Assembly: GCA_031414955.1 (NCBI GenBank)
Contig: JANOQV010000180.1
Span: 1-32,775 of the forward strand
Direction: 5' to 3'
Source of the DNA: Pedosphaera sp.
Lineage (GTDB): Bacteria; Verrucomicrobiota; Verrucomicrobiia; Limisphaerales; SIBH01
DNA length: 32,775 bases
Part shown: positions 18,754 to 27,099 of the stretch, piece by piece
Layout of the letters: the number at the start of each line of letters is the position of its first letter
Position numbering within the stretch: position 1 is the first letter of the stretch
Notes under the pieces: model-generated
Seen by the model: only the letters and a program-made list of their open reading frames with translations
Databases searched by the model: none
What the model was told of the DNA's origin: nothing
Program-made: the position numbers and the translations under genes

Positions 18754-19323
18754 ATGACCTTCCAAAACATCGTGCTGAGTTTTCACGGTTGCGATGCCGC
18801 CCTGGCCAAGCGGGTGGCGGCGGGCGATGAAGATTTGCGTCCGAGCCGCAACGCTTACGACTGGCTCGGCCACGGTCTTTACTTCTGGCAGGATAGTCCG
18901 GCGCGGGCCCGAGCGTGGGCCGGTGCCGCGGTGAAACGCGAAAACACTTCGGTAAAGAAGCCGGGCGTGCTGGGCGCGGTCATCGATCTGGGAAACTGTC
19001 TGAGCCTGACTGATCCTCAAGCCATTCACTCGGTGCGCGACGCCCATCGCCGATACAGCGAACTCGCCGCCCTGGCCAATGTGAAACCAGCGCGGAATCT
19101 CGGCACGGAGATGTCCGCGCGATTCCTCGACTGCGCCGTCTTCGAGATGCTTCACACCATGAGCCAGTCCGAAGGCCGCGCGCCCTACGACACCGTGCGT
19201 GCCTTCTTCGTCGAAGGTTCGGAGATTTATCCCGGCGCTGGCATTCGCGAGCAGGACCATGTGCAAATCTGCGTGCGGAATCCGAAGCGCATTCTCGGTT
19301 TCTTCCTGCCCAGACTGGGTTGA
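18754..19323 (+). CDS. Hypothetical protein with ADP-ribosyltransferase (PARP-like) motif pattern
   Basis: FHGC (H11), DWLGHGLYFW (Y43) and a late strand HVQICVRN (Q171) follow the order of the H-Y-E triad of PARP/diphtheria-toxin-like ARTs. The function is inferred. Confidence 0.7.
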   Translation: MTFQNIVLSFHGCDAALAKRVAAGDEDLRPSRNAYDWLGHGLYFWQDSPARARAWAGAAVKRENTSVKKPGVLGAVIDLGNCLSLTDPQAIHSVRDAHRRYSELAALANVKPARNLGTEMSARFLDCAVFEMLHTMSQSEGRAPYDTVRAFFVEGSEIYPGAGIREQDHVQICVRNPKRILGFFLPRLG

Positions 19324-19330
19324 ACTCCGC

Positions 19331-22300
19331 TCAGTTCTCATAGGCAAATTCGTTCAGCGCCAGCAGCGTCTGGCAGAAATCCGTGAGCGCCTGTTCGCGG
19401 CCGACAGCGAAACCGCCGCGGATAAAGTTGGTGGCGGCTTTCAACTCGGCATCGCGCGGGGCGCGTGACAAGGCCAAGACATAGGCGCGTTGGACGAGTG
19501 GCGTGAGGTCGTCGGGATTCTTCACTTTGGTCTCTTTCTCCAATCGCTGAGCAAACGCTTGAGCCCAAGTGCGGACCTGCGGGCTGTTCATGAGCAGTAG
19601 GGCCTGTGGCGCGACGGTCGTGCTTGGGCGACTGCCCTGGCTGGTGAGCGGCTCGGGCGCGTCGAAGACGACCATCGAGTTCACGAGTTGGCTGCGCTTG
19701 ACCGTGAAGTAGATGCTTCGGCGTTTGCTGTTCTCATCGAGCGTGCCGCGGCCATACATCGTCGAGTCGAGCAAACCGGAAACGGCGAGAATGCTGTCGC
19801 GCACAGCCTCGCCTTCGAGCCGGCGCGGAGTGCGGCGAAGGAAGAGTGTGTTGTCCGGATCGGCTGCGGACTTCCTGGCGTCGGTCGCGCTGCTTTGGCG
19901 ATACGCGGCGCTGGTCATGATGAGCTGGTGAATGGGTTTGAGCCGCCAGCCGTTGCGGATGAGTTCGCCCGCGAGGTAATCGAGCAGTTCCGGATGCGAG
20001 GGCAATGCACCGCTGCGACCGAAGTCATTTGGCGTCGAGACCAACCCGCGCCCAAAGTGGTGTTGCCAAAGCCGATTCACGGTCACACGCGCCATGAGCA
20101 TCCCGCCGCCGCGCTCGGTGTCGGTGAGCCAGTTGGCGAAGGTGCGGCGACGCCCGGAGAATTTTGCCCCGGCGGGCGGCTCCCATTTCCAGCGCGCCGG
20201 GCCGGCATCCCGACTCAGCACTTGCAGGAAGCCCGGCTCGACCACGGCCTGCTTCTGGTTCGGATCACCACGGCGGAGCAGGTGCGTCTCCTTCAGGAAC
20301 GGCGCGCCCTGCGAGTGCATGACGATGGGCTTATGGCCTTCACCGCAAATCATGACGGTCGTGGTCGTCTTCGGTGTCTTTTTTGCGTGGGCGGCGACGC
20401 GTTCGTTCCGCTCGCGCCAGCCGGCGTCGCGTTGCTTCCACCAGTCGAGGAGTGTTGCGTGCTCCTTGGCGTTCAGCGCGGTGTGCGTGCGCAACTTCTC
20501 CTCCAAGGCGGCCACGGCGCCGGGGAGGGTGTCGCCCTTCAGCATCGGCGCGGCGTCGGTGCAAAGGCTCAAGCGCGGGCGACCGATGCAATGCGCGGTG
20601 TTCACTTGGAAATCCAATTTCACCGTCAGCATTGCGCCGCCTTCGAGGTCCAGCGGTTCGGCGAAGGTGAACGCCGCCGCCTGATCCTTACCGATCCCAC
20701 CGGAGTCCACCGCCCAGCCCGTCTTCGGATCGTCGTCGAGCGACGACGCGACCGAGAGGCCAGCCTTGTTCTGCTCGTGCGTGGCCTCGGCCTTGGAGAG
20801 CTTCCCCTCGCGCGCAGCACCGCCGTTGAGCGGCGTGGCCGACACGGTGATTTTGCTGAGTGCGATGTTGCCATTGCCCGCGCGGCCTGGACCTTTGGAG
20901 GGCAGCGATCCGTGCGTGAGCGCTTCCAGCTTGAGGCCGGTGATGCGGCGCGCCGTGGTGCTGGCGGCAAGAGTGTAAGTGTCGTCGGCCGGATTCTTGC
21001 CGCTCGCCAGCCACGAGCCATCGCCGAGATTTTTGAACGAAGCGCCGCCCTTGGAGATGATGTTCGTGACCTCCAGCAACTGCCATGTGGAGCGCGGCAA
21101 CGCGGCCTCATCCGAGGCGAGCCACTTTTCCAGGCGCAGCTTCAACTCGCCGCTTTCGTAAGTGTTCAGCGCCGACGACAACTCCTTCGCCTTCGCCTCA
21201 TGGTCGGCCCTGTCGCGCCTGGCCTTTTCCGGATCGAGCGTGAGTTCCACATCGCTCCGCACCGTGGTCGTGAAGGTCGAGAGCATCTGGTAGTAATCCT
21301 TGGCGGGGATGGGATCGAACTTGTGATCGTGACAACGCGCGCAGCCGATGCTCAGACCGAGGAACGCGCTTCCGGTGGTCGCGAGCATGTCGTCCAGCGC
21401 GTCGTAGCGCGTGCGCTCGACCTCGTTGGCGGTGATTTGCGTCGGGAACACGCCCGCACCGAGAAAACCCGTGGCCATCATGGCGAGCGGATTGTCGGGA
21501 TCGAACTCGTCGCCCGCAATCTGCCAGCGCGCGAACTGATCGAACGGCATGTCCGAGTTCAGCGCCTTGATGACGAAGTCGCGGTAGTGAAACGCATTTG
21601 GCCGGTCGTAATCGTGCTCGAATCCGCTGCTCTCCGCGAAGCGCGCCACATCCAGCCAGTGCCGCGCCCAGCGCTCGCCGTAACGCGGCGAGTCCAGCAG
21701 ACGATTGATGACCTTCTCCCAAGCCTGCGCTGATTTGTCGGCGAGAAACGCCTCGACCTCCTCGGGTGTGGGCGGCGATCCGGTTAGGTCGAGCGTGGCG
21801 CGGCGGATGAGCGTGCGCTGGTCCGCCAGCGGGGCGAGCTTCAGTTTCTTCTCCACGCCTTTGGCCGAGAGGAAGGCATCCACCGCATGGCCACGCGCGG
21901 ACGGCGTGACTTTCGACAGCGACTGGAAGGCCCACCACTTGCGATCTTCATCCGTGACCACTGCCTTGTCGCGCGCCCCGGTCTGGCCCGCGATCAACGG
22001 CGCTTCGTAAGGCGCACCGTGATCGATCCACGCTGCGATCCTGGCGATGACATCATCGGAGAGTTTCGGTTTCTTCGACGGCATGTGCGGGTCCGCCTCG
22101 TGCCGGATCATTTTCAGCAACGGGCTTTCGGCCGCCGCGAACGGCTTCACGGCCCGTCCCTCCGCACCGCCGAGCAACAAGCCTTCGCGCGTGACCAGAT
22201 CGAAATCGCCTTTCGTCTTCTCCCCGCCATGACACTGCACGCAGTGCTCCTTCAGGATGGCCGCCACGTCGGTGCGGAACATCTCCAGCCCTTTCGTCAT

Positions 22301-22414
22301 GCGCTGCGCGTGGTCGGCGGGCAGTGACTGGGCAGGCGTGGACAGGCGCAGGAGCACGAGGAGCAGCGAGGCCGCGGCCCAAGGCGGGACGGAAGACTTG
22401 AGTTGAATCATCAT
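19331..22414 (-). CDS. Planctomycete cytochrome c / DUF1549 / DUF1553 domain protein
   Basis: Signal peptide, CVQCH, WWAFQ, LIRRATLDLTG, YGERWARHWLDVARFAES, CARCHDHKFDPI, ARVTVNRLWQHHFGRGLV, PSHPELLDYLA, QALLLMN, LNEFAY. Confidence 0.95.
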   Translation of the reverse strand: MMIQLKSSVPPWAAASLLLVLLRLSTPAQSLPADHAQRMTKGLEMFRTDVAAILKEHCVQCHGGEKTKGDFDLVTREGLLLGGAEGRAVKPFAAAESPLLKMIRHEADPHMPSKKPKLSDDVIARIAAWIDHGAPYEAPLIAGQTGARDKAVVTDEDRKWWAFQSLSKVTPSARGHAVDAFLSAKGVEKKLKLAPLADQRTLIRRATLDLTGSPPTPEEVEAFLADKSAQAWEKVINRLLDSPRYGERWARHWLDVARFAESSGFEHDYDRPNAFHYRDFVIKALNSDMPFDQFARWQIAGDEFDPDNPLAMMATGFLGAGVFPTQITANEVERTRYDALDDMLATTGSAFLGLSIGCARCHDHKFDPIPAKDYYQMLSTFTTTVRSDVELTLDPEKARRDRADHEAKAKELSSALNTYESGELKLRLEKWLASDEAALPRSTWQLLEVTNIISKGGASFKNLGDGSWLASGKNPADDTYTLAASTTARRITGLKLEALTHGSLPSKGPGRAGNGNIALSKITVSATPLNGGAAREGKLSKAEATHEQNKAGLSVASSLDDDPKTGWAVDSGGIGKDQAAAFTFAEPLDLEGGAMLTVKLDFQVNTAHCIGRPRLSLCTDAAPMLKGDTLPGAVAALEEKLRTHTALNAKEHATLLDWWKQRDAGWRERNERVAAHAKKTPKTTTTVMICGEGHKPIVMHSQGAPFLKETHLLRRGDPNQKQAVVEPGFLQVLSRDAGPARWKWEPPAGAKFSGRRRTFANWLTDTERGGGMLMARVTVNRLWQHHFGRGLVSTPNDFGRSGALPSHPELLDYLAGELIRNGWRLKPIHQLIMTSAAYRQSSATDARKSAADPDNTLFLRRTPRRLEGEAVRDSILAVSGLLDSTMYGRGTLDENSKRRSIYFTVKRSQLVNSMVVFDAPEPLTSQGSRPSTTVAPQALLLMNSPQVRTWAQAFAQRLEKETKVKNPDDLTPLVQRAYVLALSRAPRDAELKAATNFIRGGFAVGREQALTDFCQTLLALNEFAYEN

Positions 22415-22619
22415 GCCATTCAGGAACGCGCGATTGGACCGGTGCCGCCGCAGTTAGATTCGAGATGTTTCACACCCGATACTCCACGCCGACCCCGCCG
22501 ACCCGGCCTGATGTTACGAAGCACCATGAGAAATCCGTCACCCATGCACTGATTTGTTGCATCACCAGAGTCCCCGTGATTTCTTGCTGCGCCATTACCC
22601 AGACCGACGAAACGCAAAC

Positions 22620-23072
22620 ATGTTAAAGACGATTGGAAGCCTGATCCGCCGCAAGCCGGCCAAACCAACCAGCAGCGCGGTGACGGTTCCGTTGCCCACC
22701 GCAAGCACGACCTCGACTTCCCCCATGCGGCGACGCCAGGGAGATCCGCGCGACACGTACGCCCGCATCTTCCGTTGGAAACTGCCGACCGACACGGCGA
22801 GCCGACCGACACGGGTGGAAATAGTCGGCTCGTTCACGCGCTGGCAAAGCGTCTCGCTCTCACATGACCCGGTGCAGAACGCCTGGTCGGTCACCATCTC
22901 GGACATCCCGGGTAAACGAACGCACCACTACATGCTGCTGATCGACGGCGAACCTTATCATGATCCTGCTTGCGACGGTCTCGTGGAACCGCAGGGCTTC
23001 GACGAAGAACAATTCGCGCTGCCGACCGGCAAGGGCAAGCGCGTGCTGATGATGTTCGCGCAGACAAAGTAG
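22620..23072 (+). CDS. Stand-alone glycogen-binding (CBM48/AMPK-beta-like) domain protein
   Basis: FRW...VEIVGSFTRWQ...WSVTI...HHYMLLIDGE...DP pattern after a low-complexity N-terminus. Confidence 0.75.
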   Translation: MLKTIGSLIRRKPAKPTSSAVTVPLPTASTTSTSPMRRRQGDPRDTYARIFRWKLPTDTASRPTRVEIVGSFTRWQSVSLSHDPVQNAWSVTISDIPGKRTHHYMLLIDGEPYHDPACDGLVEPQGFDEEQFALPTGKGKRVLMMFAQTK

Positions 23073-23109
23073 TTTTGACTGCCAGCCGCGGGACGGCGCA
23101 GCGAGCGGT

Positions 23110-24288
23110 TCACTTGGGGCCGAGGGACCAGACTTCTGTCGAACGCACCCCTGGCCGGACCTCGCCGCCGGGAATAACGATGCGCTGGCTCCACGGAACT
23201 GCGGCCGTGGTCACCAGCGCGAAGGGCGCATTGCTGAATTGTTCCCATTGGTCCTTCTTCGGATCGTAAGCCAGCACGCTGCGCGGAAAACCGGAGTGGG
23301 CCGTTGGCGGGGTGCTGACCTGCGAACCATCGTCGCCGCCGATCACCAGCAGCTTCCCATTCCACACTGGCGCAGGTGACGGCGCGGCCACGGCCACGCG
23401 CGGCAAATCCGCGATCCGTTTCCAACCCCGGCCCGGGGTGTAGCGATACGCATCTCGCCGCCAGTCTCGCACCGGTTTTCCGTCTGGCCCGGGATGCACC
23501 GACGCGCCGCCGAACAAATAGAGCGAGCCACTGTGGGCACCGGCGGTGGCCAGCATTCTTCCTGGGCCTGGGAACGGCTCCAGCTTGCGCCAGCCGGGAC
23601 GCTTAGCCGAAAGGTTCATGGAGTAAAACGTGTCGAGCGTGTTGGTGGAGTCCGGTCGCGCCATGCCGCCCGCGACAAAGACGGTGTCGCCGATCAGCGC
23701 GCCGCTCATGTTCGCGCAGGCTTCGGGCAGCCCGAGCAACAGTTCCGTCTCCAACCGCCCCTTGGCCCAGCGCAGCACGATGACCGAGCCGTGGTGTTGC
23801 TCCCGCGAGCTGCCGCCGATGCAGACCAGGCCGCGCGCGTGCGAAACCGCGACTCCGTAGCCAAGCGGCACCGGCAAGCGCCCCGCCTTGCGCCACGCGC
23901 CGTCGGGCTTCTCCAGCACGAATACATCGTCCTGCCAGACCTTCGCGCCGCCTTCCCACGGCATCGCGTCCGGGAAATTCGCCCCGCCCGCGACGAGCAG
24001 TGCGCCGCCGCTCACGCCGGCGAAGGAGCCGGCGAATCCCAGCGCGTCAGGAATGGGCGCAAGTTTCTTCCAGTGCAGTTCGGCCGCGCAGACGGGCAGC
24101 GCAAAGCAGGCGGCCAGGAGCAGAGAAACCAGCCGGAACGATACCGCCGCGAGGGGAACGCCGATTTCCAAATCGGCCTGGCCCAGCCAACCTGAACGTG
24201 CCGATTTGGAAATCGGCGCTCCGTAGCTGCCCTCGGGTCGCAGGATTACAAAGAGACGGATAATGGAATCCACCGGCGTAACTTTCAC
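23110..24288 (-). CDS. Secreted Kelch-repeat beta-propeller, NanM/mutarotase-like
   Basis: FAGSFAGVSGGALLVAGGANFP...WEGGAKVW, repeated GG motifs (CIGG, VAGG, LFGG, VIGG, PGGE) and a signal-peptide-like h-region. GTG at 24288 overlaps the permease stop (GTGA); start uncertain. Confidence 0.85.
   Translation of the reverse strand: MKVTPVDSIIRLFVILRPEGSYGAPISKSARSGWLGQADLEIGVPLAAVSFRLVSLLLAACFALPVCAAELHWKKLAPIPDALGFAGSFAGVSGGALLVAGGANFPDAMPWEGGAKVWQDDVFVLEKPDGAWRKAGRLPVPLGYGVAVSHARGLVCIGGSSREQHHGSVIVLRWAKGRLETELLLGLPEACANMSGALIGDTVFVAGGMARPDSTNTLDTFYSMNLSAKRPGWRKLEPFPGPGRMLATAGAHSGSLYLFGGASVHPGPDGKPVRDWRRDAYRYTPGRGWKRIADLPRVAVAAPSPAPVWNGKLLVIGGDDGSQVSTPPTAHSGFPRSVLAYDPKKDQWEQFSNAPFALVTTAAVPWSQRIVIPGGEVRPGVRSTEVWSLGPK
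24155..24222. repeat. REP-like inverted doublet within the 5' end of the Kelch ORF
   Basis: GGAACGCCGATTTCCAAATCGGC (24155-24177) and GCCGATTTGGAAATCGGCGCTCC (24200-24222): 23-bp inverted copies with 1 mismatch, each internally palindromic. Confidence 0.85.
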
Positions 24289-25265
24289 CGACGTTCCTTC
24301 CGGCTGCGAAGTCCATCCGCCACGACCGCGAGCAGGATGATCGTGCCTTGAATCGCCTTCTCCCAATACGGCTTCACGCCCACGTAGGTCAGGGCCGGGC
24401 CGATGCACACAAGCAGCAGCAGGCCGACGAGGACGCCCCAGAGTTTGCCGCGCCCGCCGCTCACGGCCACGCCTCCGACCACAGCGGCGGCGATGGCTTC
24501 GAGTTCCAAGCCGCGCCCGCTGTTCGGATCCACCTGCGGCGACTGCACCATGTTCATGATCGCGGCCAATCCGGTCAGCGCGCCCACCAGGACGAAGACG
24601 CAGAATGTGGTGAACTGCGGGCGAAGGCCGGCCAGCCGCGCGGCCTCGGCGTCCGTGCCCACCGCGTAGATGAACCGGCCTGCGGCAAGATGCTTCATCG
24701 CCCAGGCCAGGACCACCAACAGTCCGAGCGCCAGTCCACACACTGTGAGTTGGCCGGCCTTCATCGTGAGGCCGAACCACTGCACGCCGTCGGGCAGGTT
24801 GATGAACACGCCCTGCTGCTTGAGCCGTAAGGCCTCGCGCATCGTGACCATCGTAGCCAGCGTGACGACAATGCTGGGCAGGCGCAGGCCCGCGACCAGG
24901 ACACCGTTCAAAGCCCCACCGAGCGCGCCAACGCCAATGGCCGCGAGTATGGCGACTGGGAAAGGCAGCTTGGTTGCAGCCACGAGACCAGCGCAGGTGC
25001 CACACACCGCAAAGAGCGATCCGATCGAGATGTCGATCTGCCGCGAGATGATCACCAGTGCGACGCCGCAGGCGAGCACGAGCTTGGGCGCGGCGGCAGT
25101 GAGGCGGGAGAGGAGCGGCTGTGGGTCGAAGAAATTCGGCGCGCAGACGGCCAGCAGCAGGAGCATCACGCCCAGAGCGGCGGCCACGGAGAGTTCCCGG
25201 AAATGACGAATCACGAATGACGAATCACGAATCAGCCGGACCGTTCGCGGTGGTACTTTCGTCAT
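24285..25265 (-). CDS. Sugar ABC transporter permease (RbsC/LsrC/RhaP-like)
   Basis: VIISRQIDISIGS, LPSIVVTLAT, GRFIYAVGTDAEAARLAG (EAA loop), GLELEAIAAAVVGG. ATG 25265 is coupled to the ATPase stop; alternative GTG at 25214. Confidence 0.93.
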   Translation of the reverse strand: MTKVPPRTVRLIRDSSFVIRHFRELSVAAALGVMLLLLAVCAPNFFDPQPLLSRLTAAAPKLVLACGVALVIISRQIDISIGSLFAVCGTCAGLVAATKLPFPVAILAAIGVGALGGALNGVLVAGLRLPSIVVTLATMVTMREALRLKQQGVFINLPDGVQWFGLTMKAGQLTVCGLALGLLVVLAWAMKHLAAGRFIYAVGTDAEAARLAGLRPQFTTFCVFVLVGALTGLAAIMNMVQSPQVDPNSGRGLELEAIAAAVVGGVAVSGGRGKLWGVLVGLLLLVCIGPALTYVGVKPYWEKAIQGTIILLAVVADGLRSRKERR

Positions 25266-25268
25266 TCG
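25202..25268. repeat. Heptamer repeat (AATGACG/AATCACG) with an inverted half-copy
   Basis: AATGACG AATCACG AATGACG AATCACG AATCAGC (25202-25236) and inverted TTCGTCATTCG (25258-25268). Confidence 0.75.
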
Positions 25269-26848
25269 CCGCCCTTCCCCAAAGCCGCCGCCATCACTTC
25301 ATGCGCATCGCTCCCGCCGGGCAGCATCGCGGTGATGGTGCCGCCGCGCATCACGGCGATGCGGTCGCTCATGCCGAGGACTTCAGGCAGGTCACTGGAA
25401 ATCATCAGCACGGCCAGGCCGTCCTTGGCGAGCCGGCGGATGATTTTGTGGATTTCACTTTTCGCGCCGACGTCCACGCCCTGGGTTGGCTCGTCGAGGA
25501 TGAGCAGCTTCGGCTTGGTCGCGAGCCAGCGGGCGAGGGAGACTTTCTGCTGGTTGCCGCCGGAGAGCGAACCGCCGGGGGCTTCTGGACCGGAAGCTTT
25601 CACGGCCAGGTCACGGATGTAATCAAGGGCGAGCGCACGCTCGGGACCGAAGCGCAGCCACGAGCCGGGGAACAATCGGCGGTGAATGGCCATGGTCATG
25701 TTGTGCGCGATGGACATTTCGAGAATCACGCCATGGCGACGGCGGTCCTCGGGCACATAGGCGATGCCGTGTCCCACGGCTTGCGGCGGCGTGGTGATGG
25801 TGGTGCGCTGGCCGTTGAGGAAGATTTCCCCTGCATCGGCGGGCGTGAGGCCGAAAAGAACGCGCGCCAGCTCAGTGCGCCCCGCGCCGACGAGACCGGC
25901 GAGGCCGACGACTTCGCCGACGCGCACGTCGAGCGAGATATTCTTCACGCCGCTGGCGGCGCAGCCGAGGTTCTTGAGCGAGAGAACCACTGCGCCTGGC
26001 TCGCTCTCGGCCGGCGGATAGATCTGCGAGACCTCGCGTCCGACCAGGAGCTTGATGAGTTCGGATTCAGTGAGTGCGGATTTTTCTCCCGCATATTCAG
26101 GGCGACCCCAGATGGGGTTTTGGATTTCATCTGGGGGCACCCTGAATCTGCGGGGATCGTTGGGGCCAGCCACTTGCCTCGTTCCCACGCTCTCACCGTC
26201 GCGCAGCACGGTCACGCGATCGGCGAGCGCGAAAATTTCCTCCAATCGATGCGAGATGTAGATGATGCCAACACCACTGGCGCGCAGTTCGCGCACCACG
26301 CCGAAGAGCAGGTGCTGCTCCTTCTGCGTGAGCGAAGCGGTCGGCTCGTCCATGATGACGATGCGGGCGCCAGCCCCGAGCGCACAGGCGATTTCCACGA
26401 GCTGCTGCTCGGGCATGGTGAGAGCGCGCACCTCGGCCTCGGGTGAAATCTCCGCGCCGATGCGGTGCAGCAATTCCGCGGCGGACTGCCGTCGCGCCGC
26501 CCAGTTCACCCGCGCCAGCGGACGGACTTTTTCCAGGCGCACACCGATGTTTTCGGCCACGGTGAGGTCGGGAAAGAGCGCGGGCTGCTGATAAATGCAG
26601 GCAATGCCGAGATGGCGCGAGGCAGCCGGCGTGAGCTGCGCCACGCGCCGTCCGTTGATCTCCATCGTGCCGCCGTCGGGCTGGTGCGCGCCGGTGATGA
26701 TCTTGATGAGCGTCGATTTGCCCGCGCCGTTCTCACCGAGCAAGGCATGAACCTCGCCCGCCCGCAGCTCTAACGACACGCCCTTGAGCGCGCGCACCGC
26801 GCCGAAGGATTTGGTGACGCCGTTGAGTTGCAACAGCGTCACATTCAT
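25262..26848 (-). CDS. Sugar ABC transporter ATP-binding protein (RbsA/MglA-like, two ABC domains)
   Basis: GENGAGKST (Walker A), IMDEPT, YISHRLEE, VPEDRR, LSGGNQQK, ILDEPTQGVDVGAK. Start at ATG 26848 or GTG 26872. Confidence 0.95.
   Translation of the reverse strand: MNVTLLQLNGVTKSFGAVRALKGVSLELRAGEVHALLGENGAGKSTLIKIITGAHQPDGGTMEINGRRVAQLTPAASRHLGIACIYQQPALFPDLTVAENIGVRLEKVRPLARVNWAARRQSAAELLHRIGAEISPEAEVRALTMPEQQLVEIACALGAGARIVIMDEPTASLTQKEQHLLFGVVRELRASGVGIIYISHRLEEIFALADRVTVLRDGESVGTRQVAGPNDPRRFRVPPDEIQNPIWGRPEYAGEKSALTESELIKLLVGREVSQIYPPAESEPGAVVLSLKNLGCAASGVKNISLDVRVGEVVGLAGLVGAGRTELARVLFGLTPADAGEIFLNGQRTTITTPPQAVGHGIAYVPEDRRRHGVILEMSIAHNMTMAIHRRLFPGSWLRFGPERALALDYIRDLAVKASGPEAPGGSLSGGNQQKVSLARWLATKPKLLILDEPTQGVDVGAKSEIHKIIRRLAKDGLAVLMISSDLPEVLGMSDRIAVMRGGTITAMLPGGSDAHEVMAAALGKGGE
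26087..26156. repeat. Long palindrome in frame within the ABC ATPase gene
   Basis: CCCGCA-T-ATTCAGGG-CGA-CCCCAGATG, 13-nt loop, CATCTGGGG-GCA-CCCTGAAT-C-TGCGGG. Coincides with a ~30-aa extra segment in the protein. Confidence 0.8.
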
Positions 26849-26880
26849 CGGGGCAAAGACGTGGGGGAACACTGGGCGGC

Positions 26881-26909
26881 ATCGTGGATAATCGCTACGA
26901 TGGTGGCAA
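26881..26909 (-). promoter_or_regulatory. Putative sigma70 promoter of the ABC operon
   Basis: Minus strand TTGCCA (26909-26904), 17-bp spacer, CACGAT (26886-26881). The -10 is imperfect. Confidence 0.35.
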
Positions 26910-26955
26910 GCGGGATGCGGAAATGCGCTTGCACCCGGGTCAACTCAAGCAAGGC

Positions 26956-26989
26956 AAAAAAATGGGCACCGAAGTTCCCGGTCTCATTT
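26956..26989 (-). terminator. Terminator-like hairpin with a U-tract on the minus strand
   Basis: Minus strand AAATGAGACCG-GGAACTT-CGGTGCCCATTT continuing into a run of 7 T. Confidence 0.45.
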
Positions 26990-27099
26990 GATTTGCGGTT
27001 TGGTTCCGACGCTCACGCGCGTCGGGACACAGGGATCAGTCCCGGATGGCGCTTGGCTTCTGGCAAAAGCTTCACGTAGTTTGATCCGCCATAAGCCGA

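Noticed and set aside
22500..22619. Sigma54 promoter or riboswitch upstream of the CBM48 gene
   Set aside because: TGCAC...TTGC lacks the invariant GG at -24, and no known riboswitch consensus is visible.
24289..25005. Apparent permease-overlapping extension of the Kelch ORF
   Set aside because: Off-frame read of the permease gene; not a fusion.
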